Source: Callorhinchus milii (Eukaryota). Taken from it: a DNA stretch of 64,000 nucleotides. A program made the position numbers and the translations under genes. Shown one piece after another: positions 41,417 through 53,928 of this stretch. Each line of letters starts with the position of its first letter. Position 1 is the stretch's first letter. The notes below the pieces were generated by a model, which ran no database searches, was not told the DNA's origin, and saw only the letters and a list, made by a program, of their open reading frames with translations. The DNA is taken from contig NW_024704743.1 in assembly GCF_018977255.1 (NCBI RefSeq), positions 32,986,001 through 33,050,000 on the forward strand, read 5' to 3'.

Positions 41417-41870
41417 TAATAATAATTCTTGCATTTGATAAAGCGCCTTGTTATGTTGTCCAGACATCTCAAAGCGCTTCACAGAATATATTATAAAGTG
41501 GATTAACCGTATAGTTTGTGGGCAAAACACGGCAGCCAATTATGCACAGCAGTGTCCCACAAACACTCGTGGATCGAGTGACCAAATGGTTGTTTTTTTT
41601 TGTGGGGGAGGGGGAGCATAACTACCCCTGGAAAGCAATCTGCCAATTGACTAACAACCAGGTTCCTATTTATTACAGAGGCGTGTGGAGTAAGGAAATT
41701 TACCTACGGTTTTGCCTGGAAAGCAATCTGCCAATTGACTAACAACCAGGTTCCTATTTATTACAGAGGCGTGTGGAGTAAGGAAATTTACCTACGGTTT
41801 TGCTCTGCCCGAGTATCGAACCAGGGGTCCTCTCGCTTGCGAGGTGAGTGCGCTAACCACTACTCTACAA
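41417..41870 (-). mobile_element. SINE (long form) with an internal 88-bp tandem duplication
   Basis: Family consensus; 41627-41714 is repeated at 41715-41802. Confidence 0.88.
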
Positions 41871-42684
41871 GTCTCAAACATTCACAACTTCACACTTCGA
41901 TGGTGGAAGGAGGGCTCAAGCAGGGCAGACAACAACTCAAAGGGGACAAAAAACTGTGTCATGGAGGCCTGGCTGGATTTGAGAATGGTTCAGAAATTAA
42001 CATGGTTGATCGAGTGGGTTTCAAATAACGATTATGTAGCATACATAAAAGAAAAAATGAATAAATTTTTGGATCAAGAAATGGATTTCCTTGCTAAAAA
42101 TGGAATGAACTTAAAAGCTAAAAATACAACCTAACAAAGAAAAGACTGATGTCTGAATATTATTCAACAGGGACATCTTAAGACAGGAAGATCAGGCCTA
42201 ATAACTCCACACTGTGGGTCAAAATTTCGAACTCAGAAGCAAAGAATGATGACAGGTCCTTCTGGGAAGGTATTTCTTTCAACAAACGTTTACGCAGTGA
42301 AAAAGTTCAGATGATTCGAGTTAATTGCTTCCGACTACAACTAAGACGGTCTCTAGAACAGACTTCCAGAAATCTCCCAATCTCAGTTATGTTTTGAATC
42401 ATTTATCAGGAGTCAAAACCATCAGTGCTTCTTTTGGCCGCAAAAGGCTCACACAAAGCCACACAACTCCGGAAAGTAATGTGGCTTCCAAATGCTCTGA
42501 AGGACTATACATATTTTGATGGACATACTCCATATGATCTTTGCAGGCATTATGTTGTCAGTACTCATTGGAAAATGACGCTTACAATAAGCTTGAAATC
42601 ACTATAACTCAGCAGGGATCCACAAATTCAGGTATGCACTTGGCATTCTCCTTAGAGATATCTTTGTACCACTATCACCATAAT

Positions 42685-43025
42685 CATTTCCTGGGCCGAG
42701 AGAAACCTTAGGCAAATTTCCTTACTTCACATGCCTCTGTTTACCTAGGACTAAGTAGGAACCCAGCTGTTAAGTCGATTGGCGGATCGCTAACCGGGGA
42801 TAATAATCCATTCCAAAAAATAAATAAATAAAATAACAATTCGGTTACTCAATCCATGACTGTTTGTGGCACGCTGCTGTGCGTAATTGGCTGCCGCATT
42901 TCGCCCACAAGATACAGTAATACAGTAATTTTAAGATACACACTTTACAATGTATTCTGTGAAGCGCTTTAATACGTCTCAACAACATGATAAGGTGCTA
43001 TATCAAATGCAAAGATTATTATTAT
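42685..43025 (+). mobile_element. SINE (long form), head truncated
   Basis: Family consensus. Confidence 0.82.
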
Positions 43026-43261
43026 AATCATACTCTTTTCAGATCTGCCCTTAACACGGAGGTCATATGTCCCAGTGTGGGTCCGAGCAAAGCAAGTGAG
43101 AAATGAAAGTGCAATAAATTGCCTCCTTTAATAATCTTTTTTTAAATGGAGACAATCTCAACACAACCCCACCAGTATTTCAATGAGGCTTTTGGATATA
43201 TACCTGTGGTTACAGAAACTAGTTTCAGAACTAGACCTGTAAATCTAATAATCTAATAATC

Positions 43262-43427
43262 ATTTGTTTGTGGGACATTGCTGTGCGCAATTGGCTGCCG
43301 CGTTCGCCCACAAATATACAGTCAATTCACTTTACAGTGTGTTCTGTGAAGCGCTTTGGGACGTCCTCCCGACGTGAAAAGCGCAATATCAAATGCAAGG
43401 ATTATTATTATTATTATTATTATTATA
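43262..43427 (+). mobile_element. 5'-truncated SINE with LINE-type ctccc loop and (ATT)n tail
   Basis: gggacgtcctcccgacgtgaaaagcgc followed by an ATT repeat. Confidence 0.88.
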
Positions 43428-43877
43428 ATCTTGGAACTCTGAAAGATTTTACTACAATCTAATAAAAATCTAATAAAAATTGACCATTTGACAGGGGACA
43501 CTTTCACCGTCATTTTTGACGGCACCAGATCGCCATTACAGCTTTGAAGCTCATGTATTGAGCACCGAAAGCGCTGATTTTCTTTGGCTGTTGCCATCAT
43601 GCATTTAAACCATACAGGTAGAAACTGGTTAGTAAGTGAAACAGTGGGTGCAAGATAATTAGCCACAGTTCCCAGTGGGGTGGGAAAGGAAGTGTGGGGT
43701 AGGGGGAAAAGGGAAGGAAAAGAAACAGGCCAACTATTCACACCTATCCAGAGACCTACACTGGAAAGTGCATCAGTGGATGTCATATTAAACTCAGTTA
43801 TGGTATTCTCTCCCCACTCATTGTCCCAGCTCACACAGTGAACTGGGTGAACTAAGCTCACACCAGTGAACTGAAAT

Positions 43878-44232
43878 ACAATACAAAATTACATTATTAT
43901 AGTGCCTTTCACGTCGGGAGGACGTCCCAAGGCACTGGACAGTCAGGGATTTGGACCCAAGCAGGGCGGGTGATTGGGGTAAGGGAGTGTGGAGGCAGGG
44001 AGGGTGCCCGAAGAGGAAGGTCTTGAGACGTGCCTTGAAGGAGGCAAGGGAGGGAGCGAGGCAAAAGGAATGTGGGATGGAGTTCTAAAGGATGGGGACG
44101 GAGGCTCGACTGCCGATGGGGGGGATGGCCAGGTGGGCGAAATGGAGCAGGCCGGAGCCCAATGAGCGGAGAGAGCGGACAGGTTGATAAGGGGTTGCAG
44201 GTCACTGAGGCAGGAAAGGGCAAGGCCATGGA
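43878..44232 (-). mobile_element. L2 3' fragment
   Basis: L2 tail gggacgtcctcccgacgtgaaaggc on the minus strand. Confidence 0.85.
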
Positions 44233-44924
44233 TACACTGAAACTGGTAAAAACAAAATTCAAAAATGCCAGTAAATGCCGGTATTGGCATTGTAATTGTT
44301 TGAATTCTGTGATAGTGAATAAGCCCTCTTCTGCTCGTGGCGTTCAAACTGAGTCAAAGTTGATATCCTTGGCTGCTGTGAAGGCCAGCGAGAACAGTGA
44401 GGCTGCTCAGCGCGGCATTGCTGTATGCTAGGAGTTGAGCTGTCGGAAGTCTATACATGCTCTGCGGAAATATTTGGTCCATGGAATGTTTTTGTTTTTA
44501 ATTTTTAGGTTTCAGACTCGGTCCGACTGGATTCCAATTCTGAATACTTGGGAGTCCAGCAAGTTGGGGGGTTATTAGAGGGGAAAAAAATGTAGAGGTA
44601 GTGTGATTTTGGTTCATAAAAATACATTTATAGTTTATAATGCATTGGCTCTTCAACTTGCAAAATGTACAAGCTAAAGGACAATACGACTGCTAAGGGA
44701 AGTTCTTTGCCTTGAAGGGTTAGGCAAATAAGTACCTCTCTCTTGTATAACATTGTGAGAGGAAATTGATGCCAACCTCTGTACTTGAGGCCTGGAGACA
44801 TCTACCTGCTCACTGATTCATCTGTGTGCAAATCACTGCCACCACACAATCCACAGCACTGGCCTCGAATATTTCTAATAAATACAATCTGACCTTGTTA
44901 TAATATAACTTGTTATAGTGCAAA

Positions 44925-45310
44925 TCTGAGTCCAAGCTGACACTCCAATACACTGGGGGGGGGAGGGGGGGCGGTCTGAATTGTTGGGAGGTTCTGTCCT
45001 TCAGGGTGACGTTAAACTGAGGTCCCAGCTGGCTGCTCTGGTGGTTATTAAGCATTCCATGTCACTAATTGGAAAAAAAGGAGTTTCTCCCAGTGTCCTG
45101 GCCAACTACTCCCCAAATAAATTGACCATCCACTTGATGGCTGCTTGTGGGACACTGCTGTGCGCAAAATTAGCTGCGCATTTCACCTATAAAATAGTCA
45201 TTACACTTCACAAAATACGCATCAATCCAGTTTACAGTATATCCTGTGCAGCGCTTTGAGATGTCTTGACAATGCAATTATGCCCTGTACCAAATGCAAG
45301 GATTATTATC
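44925..45310 (+). mobile_element. Older Deu-type SINE
   Basis: ccaagctgacactcca...gtccttcag...ggagtttctcccagtgtcctggccaa...tgtgggacactgctgtgcgc. Confidence 0.7.
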
Positions 45311-45329
45311 ATGGATAGAGGCAGGAGAG

Positions 45330-46280
45330 CAACAACAACAACAAGATTACATTTGTTTTGCGCCTTTCATGTCGGGAGGACGTCCATTTCAGACCCGAGC
45401 TGGGGTCAGCGGGGGAGAAGGAAGGGGAGGTGGCCGATAGCATGGTCGAAGAGGAGGGTCTCGAGGCGGGACTTGAAGGGGGCTAAGGAGGCAGCGCGGC
45501 TGAGTGATTCGGGGATGGAATTCCAGAGGTTGGGGCCAGAGTGGCTGAAGGCTCTTCCCCCAATGGTGGGGCGGGTGGGTCGGGGGACGTGGAGCAGGCC
45601 AGAACCGGCTGAGCAGAGAGAGCAGGCGGGTTGGTAGGGGGTTAGGAGGTCACAGAGGCAGTGTGGAGCGAGGCCATAGAGGGCTTTGTATGTGAGGACC
45701 AGTATCTTGAACTGGATCCTCTGAAGGATAGGGAGCCAATGGAGTCGGGCGAGAATGGGGGAGATGGGGTCACGGAGTTTGGTGCGGGAGAGGACACGGG
45801 CTGCAGAGTTCTGGATTATCTGCAGCCTGTAGAGGGAGGAGTTGGGAAGGCTGACAAGCAGGGCATTTGCATAGTCGAGCCTGGAGGTGATGAAGGCATG
45901 AACAAGAATTTCAGAGGCCTGAGGAGTGAGGTAGTGGCGGAGTCGGGCAATGTTACGGAGGTGACGGAAGGCAGAGCGGGTCATGGCTTGGATGTGGGGA
46001 AGAAAAGACAGTTGAGGGTCGAACAAGACACCGAGGTTCCTGACTGGCTTGAGTTGAAGTGTGCAATCATGGAGGCTGATGCTGCCAGAGCCTGAGGTGC
46101 TGAGGCACTGGCTCGAGCCAATGAGGAGGGTCTTAGTCTTGTTCACATTCAACTGTAGGAAATTTCCCCTCATCCAGGACTTGATGTCCGACAGACAGTC
46201 TGTCAGGACAGCAGTGGTCCTGGAGTTGAGGGTGGAGGCAGAAAGATAGAGTTGGGTGTCATCCGCATACATATGGAAGG
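45330..46280 (-). mobile_element. L2 LINE 3' portion with an uninterrupted C-terminal ORF2 frame
   Basis: ORF 45406..46302 (298 aa) contains HMYADDTQLY, FLQLNVNKTK, HAFITSRLDYANALL and LHWLPI. Confidence 0.93.
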
Positions 46281-46421
46281 TATTCAGAGGGGAAGGCAAC
46301 ACACTCGTGGTTTTAGCACGGAGCGGCGATGCTTTTAATTTTGGAATTGCAATGTTACCTAAACAAAACCAAAAAAGGCCGAGTGTGGCATGATCTCAGC
46401 ACTAAAATCTAAATAAACAAA

Positions 46422-46652
46422 AGACAAAATACTGCGGATGCCAGAAATCTGAACTAAAAGCACATGTTTCTGGGTACACTCAGTAGATCAGGCAGCATCT
46501 ACGGAGAGAGGAAAGTGAGTTTCAGGTCGATGACCTTTCATCAGAACAGAGGTTCTGACAAAAGGGCATTGACCTGAAACGTTAATTGACTTTCCGCTCT
46601 CCATAGATGCTGCCTGACTGACTGGTATTCCCAGCAACTTCTTTTTATTTCA
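46422..46652. mobile_element. Penelope-like-element terminal inverted repeat with hammerhead-like cores
   Basis: Arms 46488-46547 and 46552-46617 are reverse complements; CTGATGA..GAAAC core; flanking AAATAAACAAA direct repeat. Confidence 0.65.
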
Positions 46653-46699
46653 AAATAAACAAACACTGGCCACCATTTAGCATATACTACTACTACTAA

Positions 46700-46864
46700 G
46701 AATAATCCTTGTATTTGATATAGCGCTTTTCACATCTTCTAGATGTCTCAAAGCATTTCACAGAATATACTGTAAAGTGAATTGACTGTATATTTGTGGG
46801 CGAAACACGGCAGTCAATTGCGCACAGAAGTATCTCACAAACAGTTGTGGATTGAGTGAACAAA
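46700..46864 (-). mobile_element. 5'-truncated SINE ending at an N base
   Basis: Family consensus. Confidence 0.85.
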
Positions 46865-47427
46865 NTTTTTTCCTAATAAAAATATTACTATTACGAAATA
46901 TTACTAATCTAATACTTAATAAATATTCCATTTGCATACATCTGTAATTCTAATCTCTTAATTATCCATTACTGAAATTTAAACAGGAGGAAATCTATGA
47001 AAGAAAATTAAACCAGAAGAATTCTTTGGCATTCAAATAGCGTGCCTTTAAATGGCCAAATAGCAAGTAAAACAGAAACAGGTTGCTGGAAGGAGCAATA
47101 ACAAAATTACATAATGTATGAGGCAAGTTCAACTTCGAGCCAGGAACCAAACTGAGAACGTACTACCAATTATACAAGACTTCAGTTTTTTCTACTTAGG
47201 TAATTTCCTTAATCAAAAGCCAAGAACATATTCAGAGGAATTTCCCTAGCACAAGGGACTACATCACTGAGTTATAGACTTCCCCATCAGTCATCCAGCA
47301 GGTGAATAATGTGAGCTTTGGCAGCAGCTGGACTGAGAGATCATCGATATCACACTGGATTGATTGTGCATGCTGCATGTATTCATTAATTCGACCGACA
47401 AGACAAGCCAAAAAGCACCCTTAAGTA

Positions 47428-47910
47428 GCCCCATCACACCCACCCTCACCCGGCTCCGCTGGCTCCCCATCCATCAGAGGATCAAATTCAAAATTCTCGT
47501 CCTCACCTTCAAGGCCCTCCATAGCCCCCTCCTACCTCTCCGACCTGCTAACCCCTTATTAACCTGTCTGCGCTCTCCGCTCAGCAGGCTCCAGCCTGCT
47601 CCATGTCCTCCACCCGGCCAGCCTCACCGTCGGTGGTCGGGCACTCAGCCTCACTGCCCCCACCCTCTGGAACTCCATCCCACATTCCCTTTGCCTCGCT
47701 TCCTCCCTTGCCTCCTTCAAGGCACGCCTCAAAACCCTCCTGATATTCAATGTCCGTTCAGCCACCCTTCTACCCTCTCTACACTCCACCCTCCCTGATC
47801 CCAACCACCTCCCCCACCAGCTCAGGTCTTAATCCCTGACTTTCAGCATCTCTGGGACGACCTCCTGACATGAAAGATGCTTTATAAATGCAATGTTGTA
47901 TTGTATTTGT
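47428..47910 (+). mobile_element. L2 3' fragment
   Basis: ITPTLTRLRWLPIHQRIKFKIL motif; L2 tail. Confidence 0.85.
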
Positions 47911-47964
47911 TAAACCACTATACATCAGCCATTATAAGTTATGTTAGCAGAAATACAATCTTAC

Positions 47965-48137
47965 CTGAGCTTGGTGTTGATTTGCAGAGCTTTTGCTAGC
48001 ATCTTGGCACCAATGTCTCCCATTCCATTCCCACTGATGTCCACTTTAGTCAAGGACGAATTGCTGCCTAAAGCGTTAATGATTATCGTCAAGTCAGCCT
48101 TAAGCTTGGAATCTGCTACAGATAGCGATTCTAGTGG
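47965..48137 (-). CDS. CARMIL1: CARMIL1 exon (LRR): [57 protein letters not shown](R)
   Basis: ttgcag acceptor, gtaag donor, 173 nt, phase 0/2; matches ORF 47961..48143. Confidence 0.96.
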
Positions 48138-49214
48138 CTGCAAAGAATAAAAAGATAATATAATAAACTTAGTATCAAGTTGTTTCAGTAGGAAATTAAT
48201 AACAATCTCTTATTCATAAAAAGGAATTCTGCTGGATCACATCACTTTATGCCAATCTGAGCAATATTATACATAGTTTCACTACTGAAAAAACAATTCC
48301 TGTAATTTCAAAGGGTTGGTGCCCAGCATTAATACGACTGAGGAGGCAGGAATCCATTTACTTCCTACTCAGCTATCTTTTTCAATGCCAGGCACGCAAA
48401 AATTATTAATCGTCCGCAATATGTAAAAATAAACAGCAACTGCAAAAGACAGGAGTGAATGGATAGCAGCTTGTATTGTGAAATAATTTCTTCTGTCACA
48501 TTCCAATGTGGTTTATTTTTAATTCCTCCCTGCGCTCCAATTCCCAAAAGGAAGTGGGGAAGCAATCTGTTCTCATGGCTTTGTGGGTTCTGCTTGAAGC
48601 CCGCTGGTAATGGGGAGGAGGGGAAAGAGTGGTTAATGTAATTTTAGTCAGGGTTAACTAATTGTCGCAAGTACCTCCTGCCATGGTCAAGTGCCTTGCT
48701 CTTTGCTTGATTCTATTTTGTAAGAACCTGGGCAAGATCGTGTGCTTGCTAGAATAGTCAATCACAAATACAAACTGATAGTGATTTTTGGTATACAACA
48801 CATAGGCCAGATGTCTGTTTATTCAAACCTGTATGGCTTACTGGTAAAAAAAGGTAAATCACTCTTAACAAATTAATAGGGCTTTTGAGGGGGAGGTGGC
48901 AAGGAAGTGGGGAAGGAGGCCCACCAAATTCTGATCATTTGAAGACATTATCTTTGGAAGCAATATTTAAAGCAAATCCCCTTTCGGACTCCAGTTCAGG
49001 CTTACACTGCTTTCTACAAAATCCAACAAGCACTGGATAGGTGCGAGTACATTAGAAGATTCACTTTAATGTCCTTATGACTTGAACCAAAGCTATTAGG
49101 TAAACTGCGCAAAAAGTGACATTACTTTTAAAAATGATGCAATTTTCGTAAAATACATATTTTTAAAGAAACTTCTATTAAGTTAAATGCATAAATTAAG
49201 AAAGTAGCACTTAC

Positions 49215-49269
49215 TGATTCTTCATCCTGAATCATCTGTACAAGGTTATCAAGGACCGGTATAAGGTTC
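49215..49269 (-). CDS. CARMIL1: CARMIL1 exon: NLIPVLDNLVQMIQDEES
   Basis: ttaacag acceptor, gtaagt donor, 55 nt, phase 2/0. Confidence 0.95.
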
Positions 49270-49499
49270 CTGTTAAACATGATTTACCATTCGTTAGTCA
49301 CAGCAGGTTTAATGACGAATGTATCAGTAGTTCTACACTACAATAATATTCTACAATCACCAACTGTGTCTCAACAGGCAAACATTACAGGAATAGGAGA
49401 TAGGTGCAAAGCAACCATGATGTTTGTACCACAATGCAACATAAAACTGGGTAAGTGTAAACCAGCTTTATGCTCAGCTCATCTTACTTTCAGTCCCCA

Positions 49500-50143
49500 A
49501 ACAACAACAACAATTTGCATTTGTATAGCACCCTTCATGCGAGGTAGCGTCCCGGAGCGCTTCACAGTGCTGGAGGTGACAATGAGCCAAGGGGAGAGGC
49601 AGGGGGAAAAGATGACCGTAAGCACGATCAAAAAGGAAAGTCTTTAGACGGGATTTGAAGGTGGGGAGGGAGGGGGCAAGGCAGAAGGACTGAGGGAGAG
49701 CGTTCCACAGGTTCCGGGAGTAGTGACTGAAGGCACGGCCACCAATGGTGGAACAGAGGGCACGAGGGACAAATAGGAGGCTGGAGCCAGCCGAGCGGAG
49801 GCAGAGGGTGCTGGAATGGGGTGTAAGCAGGTCAGAGAGGTAGGGAGGTGCGATGGAATGAAGTGATTTGAAAAAGTATTGAGAGTATCTTGAAGTCGAT
49901 CTGTTTGGTGATTGGGAGCCAGTGGAGCCTGGCAAAGGACTGGTGTTATGGGAGTACAGAGATTCGTGTGGGTGAGTATCTGGGTGGCGGAGGTTTGAAT
50001 TAATTGAATCTTGTGTATGGTGGAGCTGGAGAGACCAGCGAGGAGGGCATTGGAATAGTCCAGCTGGGAAGTGACAAAGGCGTGGATGAGGGTTTCAGCT
50101 GCATCGGTTGTGGGGTACGGACGGAGGCGGGTAATGTGGTAGA
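49500..50143 (-). mobile_element. L2 3' fragment
   Basis: AETLIHAFVTSQLDYSNALL and GGRAFSHY motifs; (TTG)n tail. Confidence 0.88.
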
Positions 50144-50849
50144 GCTTCACAGCAGTGAAATTAACGCCTCAGTATCTCCATCCATGTGTTGTAATATCGA
50201 TGCTAGATTGACAGTGGGGCTAGATTATGTGAGTTGTGTAAAACATGTGTGAATCATGTGCAGAGAGGAAATTATAGGTGACCTTAATTATTTATTAGTC
50301 TAATGTAAGGACCTTTTAAGTATTTGATTGCCTCATTAATTTAGGTCCTGTATTTTATCTGATCTCCAATTAGTCTATTTCCGTGAAGTGCTCCGAGGCA
50401 CTGAAAGCTGCTTTATCAATGTAAATTGCTCAGTAACAACCAATGAAAGGGGCACTTATAATTCCGTTGTTAACACATGGTTAACACAAGCTGTAAATTA
50501 GACACCAGTGTTGATAACTGACAAGTTCCATTCTTAAATTGTGCAAAGCCTTCCTCATATCAAAACCTCAACAGGATGACATTGTCTTGTAACTATAGCA
50601 GGGCTTGGAACTGTGACTGTTTTGAAACATTAATTCGCTTCTATCAACAGTATAACATTTTGAAAATCAGTGCCCATAAGATTTTCTTAAAATTGGCTAA
50701 AATCTCAAATTATCCATGCTGGGACCCTTGAGGGGTGGATCCGTTTATTGAGTCAGTAGCTAAACCAGTAAGGCCCAAACGATGATTCTTTATCATTGCT
50801 GAGCAACGTTATCAGAGCCGGGCTTCATTCTAAATATGTATTGGAAATA

Positions 50850-51060
50850 TAATAAAATAATCCTTGCATTTGATATAGCGCTTTTCACGTCTTCTAGACG
50901 TCCCAAAGCGCTTCACAGAATATACTGTAAAGTGAATTGACTGTATATTTGTGGGCGAACGCGGCAGCCAATTGCGCACAGCAGTATCCCACAAACAGGC
51001 ATGGATTGAAAATGACCAATTTATTATTGTTTTGTTTTTTTGGAGGGATTATTATTAGGC
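50850..51060 (-). mobile_element. 5'-truncated SINE
   Basis: Family consensus. Confidence 0.88.
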
Positions 51061-52569
51061 ATCAAGAGTGGATTCAGAATTCTGAGCAAGGGACAGGTAT
51101 TTTGTCCAGGGAACCATGTGCCCGCCCACCTCCCCTCCTGGATATATAAAAGTGTAGGTAATATGCAGGGCTAGGCTTGGCTGTGATTTCTCTCTCTCCA
51201 TTACCCCCGTGGTCCAACAGCCTGCTTTGACCCTGGGTAACGTATGACACATACAAAAATAATGGTAACCTAGGCGTGGCACCAGTATCCATGGAACAGT
51301 GCCCAAGCCGAACAGAGTGAAATGCAGGCAGGAAAGGGGAGAAAACTGGTACAGAAAATTGACCCAAGCAAAATCTCAATGGCCTAGTGAAATACTACCT
51401 AGTACTACAGCACTAAGTCCTACAGACCAGAAGATTAAAGATTTGATCCCTGCCTGGTCTGTGTTGTGAACTAATCTTAATTGGAGCGGTGATAGGGAGG
51501 TTTCTACAAAGTTCCTTAGGGACTTCTAAGATTTCCTCACAAATATCACCCAGGTGTCCTGCTCTCAATAGCTATGGACGTGCAATGATCATTGAGTTGT
51601 AAACAGGATTAGGCTCCTCTGTGATGTCCCTTTCGTTGAATAGATTGTTGAAAGCTATTTTCTCTCATTAAACACCACACACTGGCAGGGTAGCAGAGGT
51701 TTGCTCTGTGTGCGATGCCTGTGAACCTCAGTAAAGACATGGATGAAGATGACCGGTGAAAATTGGCAAACCAAATGTAATAAGACATTGTTAAACCTTT
51801 AGGACCTGTCAGCTCACAATATTGTCTGTCACTCTTATTAGCCGCAAGCACTTCCTACTGCAAACAACCTCCAACCGTCAAATTCCAGCCTTGAAGCATT
51901 CATGTTTCTGTCACTTTTCAAAATTTGTTTCACTTAAAGCTTTTGGTTAAAACACTCAGCGTGTTATTTCACAAACCTCAGCAGTAGCTTCTTCCTAGAC
52001 TCAGATGGTGTGGCAGATGTATTATTGTACTTAAAGCATCTATTTCCGCTCACTTTATTCATTTCAATTGCTGCAACAGTTTGTAACTGGATTCTTTTCA
52101 CACGTGTGGCCGGCAACATAGAAACTCTCATTCCCTCCAGCTAAAACCACGGAGGCGTGACTGAAAGGGCACTTCTTTTCAGTGCTCTACAATTTTGATG
52201 AATTCAGAGCTTTGATTTCATTTTTATAATGTAGGGCTGGAAAATATTAAAATAAGAGCCACAAATTGGAACTACTGGGCAAATATCCAACTAAGTGCAG
52301 TATTCTGATCTATCAGCATGAATAAGATCATCTATCAGAACAGAATTAGTCCTAGAGTCTGGGTGGAGACAGAAGGATACCGATTTAGGTGGCACCTGGG
52401 TACATGTGGATATGGATCCCATGGGTGCAGCTCATGTCATAGAGGAAGCATGTAGACCATGAACAGGAGAGGACTGAGCATAAGAACCTTGAGGTACTCT
52501 GTACACGGCTATGAGAAAGAAGGGAAAAATCCATTAGAGGAGACATGATGATGATACCGGTACAGATAG

Positions 52570-53070
52570 AAGTGAAACCAGGAAAACCAGGCACATAAGG
52601 GTGTAACTTTGACCAGGCCTGTCTCAGTAACGTGGGTGGAATGGAAGCCATGTTTGAGGGACTCATACAGGAAGTGCCGGCAGAGGAAGGAGCGAAACTG
52701 AGAGTTGACAAAAGTGTTTCAGCACCTTGGCCATGCAGAGCAGATTGGAAATGGTGCAATAGCTGGAGAATGTGAAGGGCGTTGAGTGGGATGTGGCTTT
52801 CTTTTGAGAAGTTGGTAATGACAGTAGTTTTGAAAAGGGAAGAGGATTTGTGCCAGAGAAAATGGAGAGGTTGATAATGTCATCTAATGCAGGTGGGGGC
52901 AGAGCAGCAAGAGCTGTGTGGGAATGCAGTCAAGGGAGCAGGTGGTGGGTTTCATGTGAGAGGTAAGTGAGGAAAGGGATGAGTGGGAGACAGGGACAGA
53001 GAGGTGTGCAATGTGGGTGTCGGGAGGAGGAGTGGTGGTATAGTAGAGGAAGTGGAAGCAGCTTAGTGGA
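52570..53070 (-). mobile_element. Degenerate internal L2 ORF2 fragment
   Basis: Resembles the 9290-9700 portion of the long L2 copy. Confidence 0.6.
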
Positions 53071-53828
53071 TGTGATCAATTAATGGCCAAAGGTCAGAAA
53101 GGCCAAAGATGGTCATCTGGGGAAAAAAATTAATTTTAAAGCAGCGTAGCATACAGTCCAACTGTTTTTGGTGTGTGGTGGTGGGGAGCTGTTTTCTGAC
53201 AATTTTCACAGCTTGCTTGCCTTTTCAGGCAGTCTTAGTGACACACGGTCTCATATCACGTTAAAAAAAGACCTCTTACAGCATCTTTCAGTCTGGGTTT
53301 CTTGTTGCTTTTCACACAAATAACATATCAGTTACAAATCTGATTGATGTAGCTCACTGATTTCTGCAAGATATGACCCCAGTGACCTGTGATTTGTGCG
53401 ACTCGCACCGAACGAGCCCTGGATGCAAAATAGTGTAACCTACCAGGAATCTTTCTGCAGTGCTACTGCTCTTTTTGTTTCAAATGTGAAAGGACAATTG
53501 AAAAATTCCTTGCAACTATAAATGATCAATTTTGTGAACATACGTCAAAGCTGGCTTGAATACATCCATTTTGTAATGGAAAATTAAATATCTGCTGATA
53601 GATTACCAAAGGTACGTGCAATTTAACTGCAGCTGAATGCAGCTGCCATCATACATTTATATTTGCATTTGTTTGGAATTCCTAGTTTGGTTTGGATACT
53701 CTTAAGCATGGTGATGTATTTGCGCATTTGTCAAGATACTCACTCGGCTGACCCCAAAAATAAGTCTGAATGTAACAAAATGGATACTTATAAGCCTTTC
53801 CGTTTCTCTGGCCACCAGAATCACTTAC

Positions 53829-53928
53829 TTGGACTTAATGTTGTTGAAGTTTTTGCCTAAAGCCAGATGTCGAATTGATCTGTTCTTGCCAAGCCATACC
53901 ATAAGTGTAGCAAGATCGGAGTCTAAAC
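53829..53928 (-). CDS. CARMIL1: CARMIL1 exon (LRR): [32 protein letters not shown](K)
   Basis: atacag acceptor, gtaagt donor, 100 nt, phase 1/2. Confidence 0.95.

Noticed and set aside
37746..46865. Single N bases at 37746 and 46865; a SINE ends abruptly at the latter
   Set aside because: Assembly ambiguity or joins rather than biology; intron lengths across them may be unreliable.
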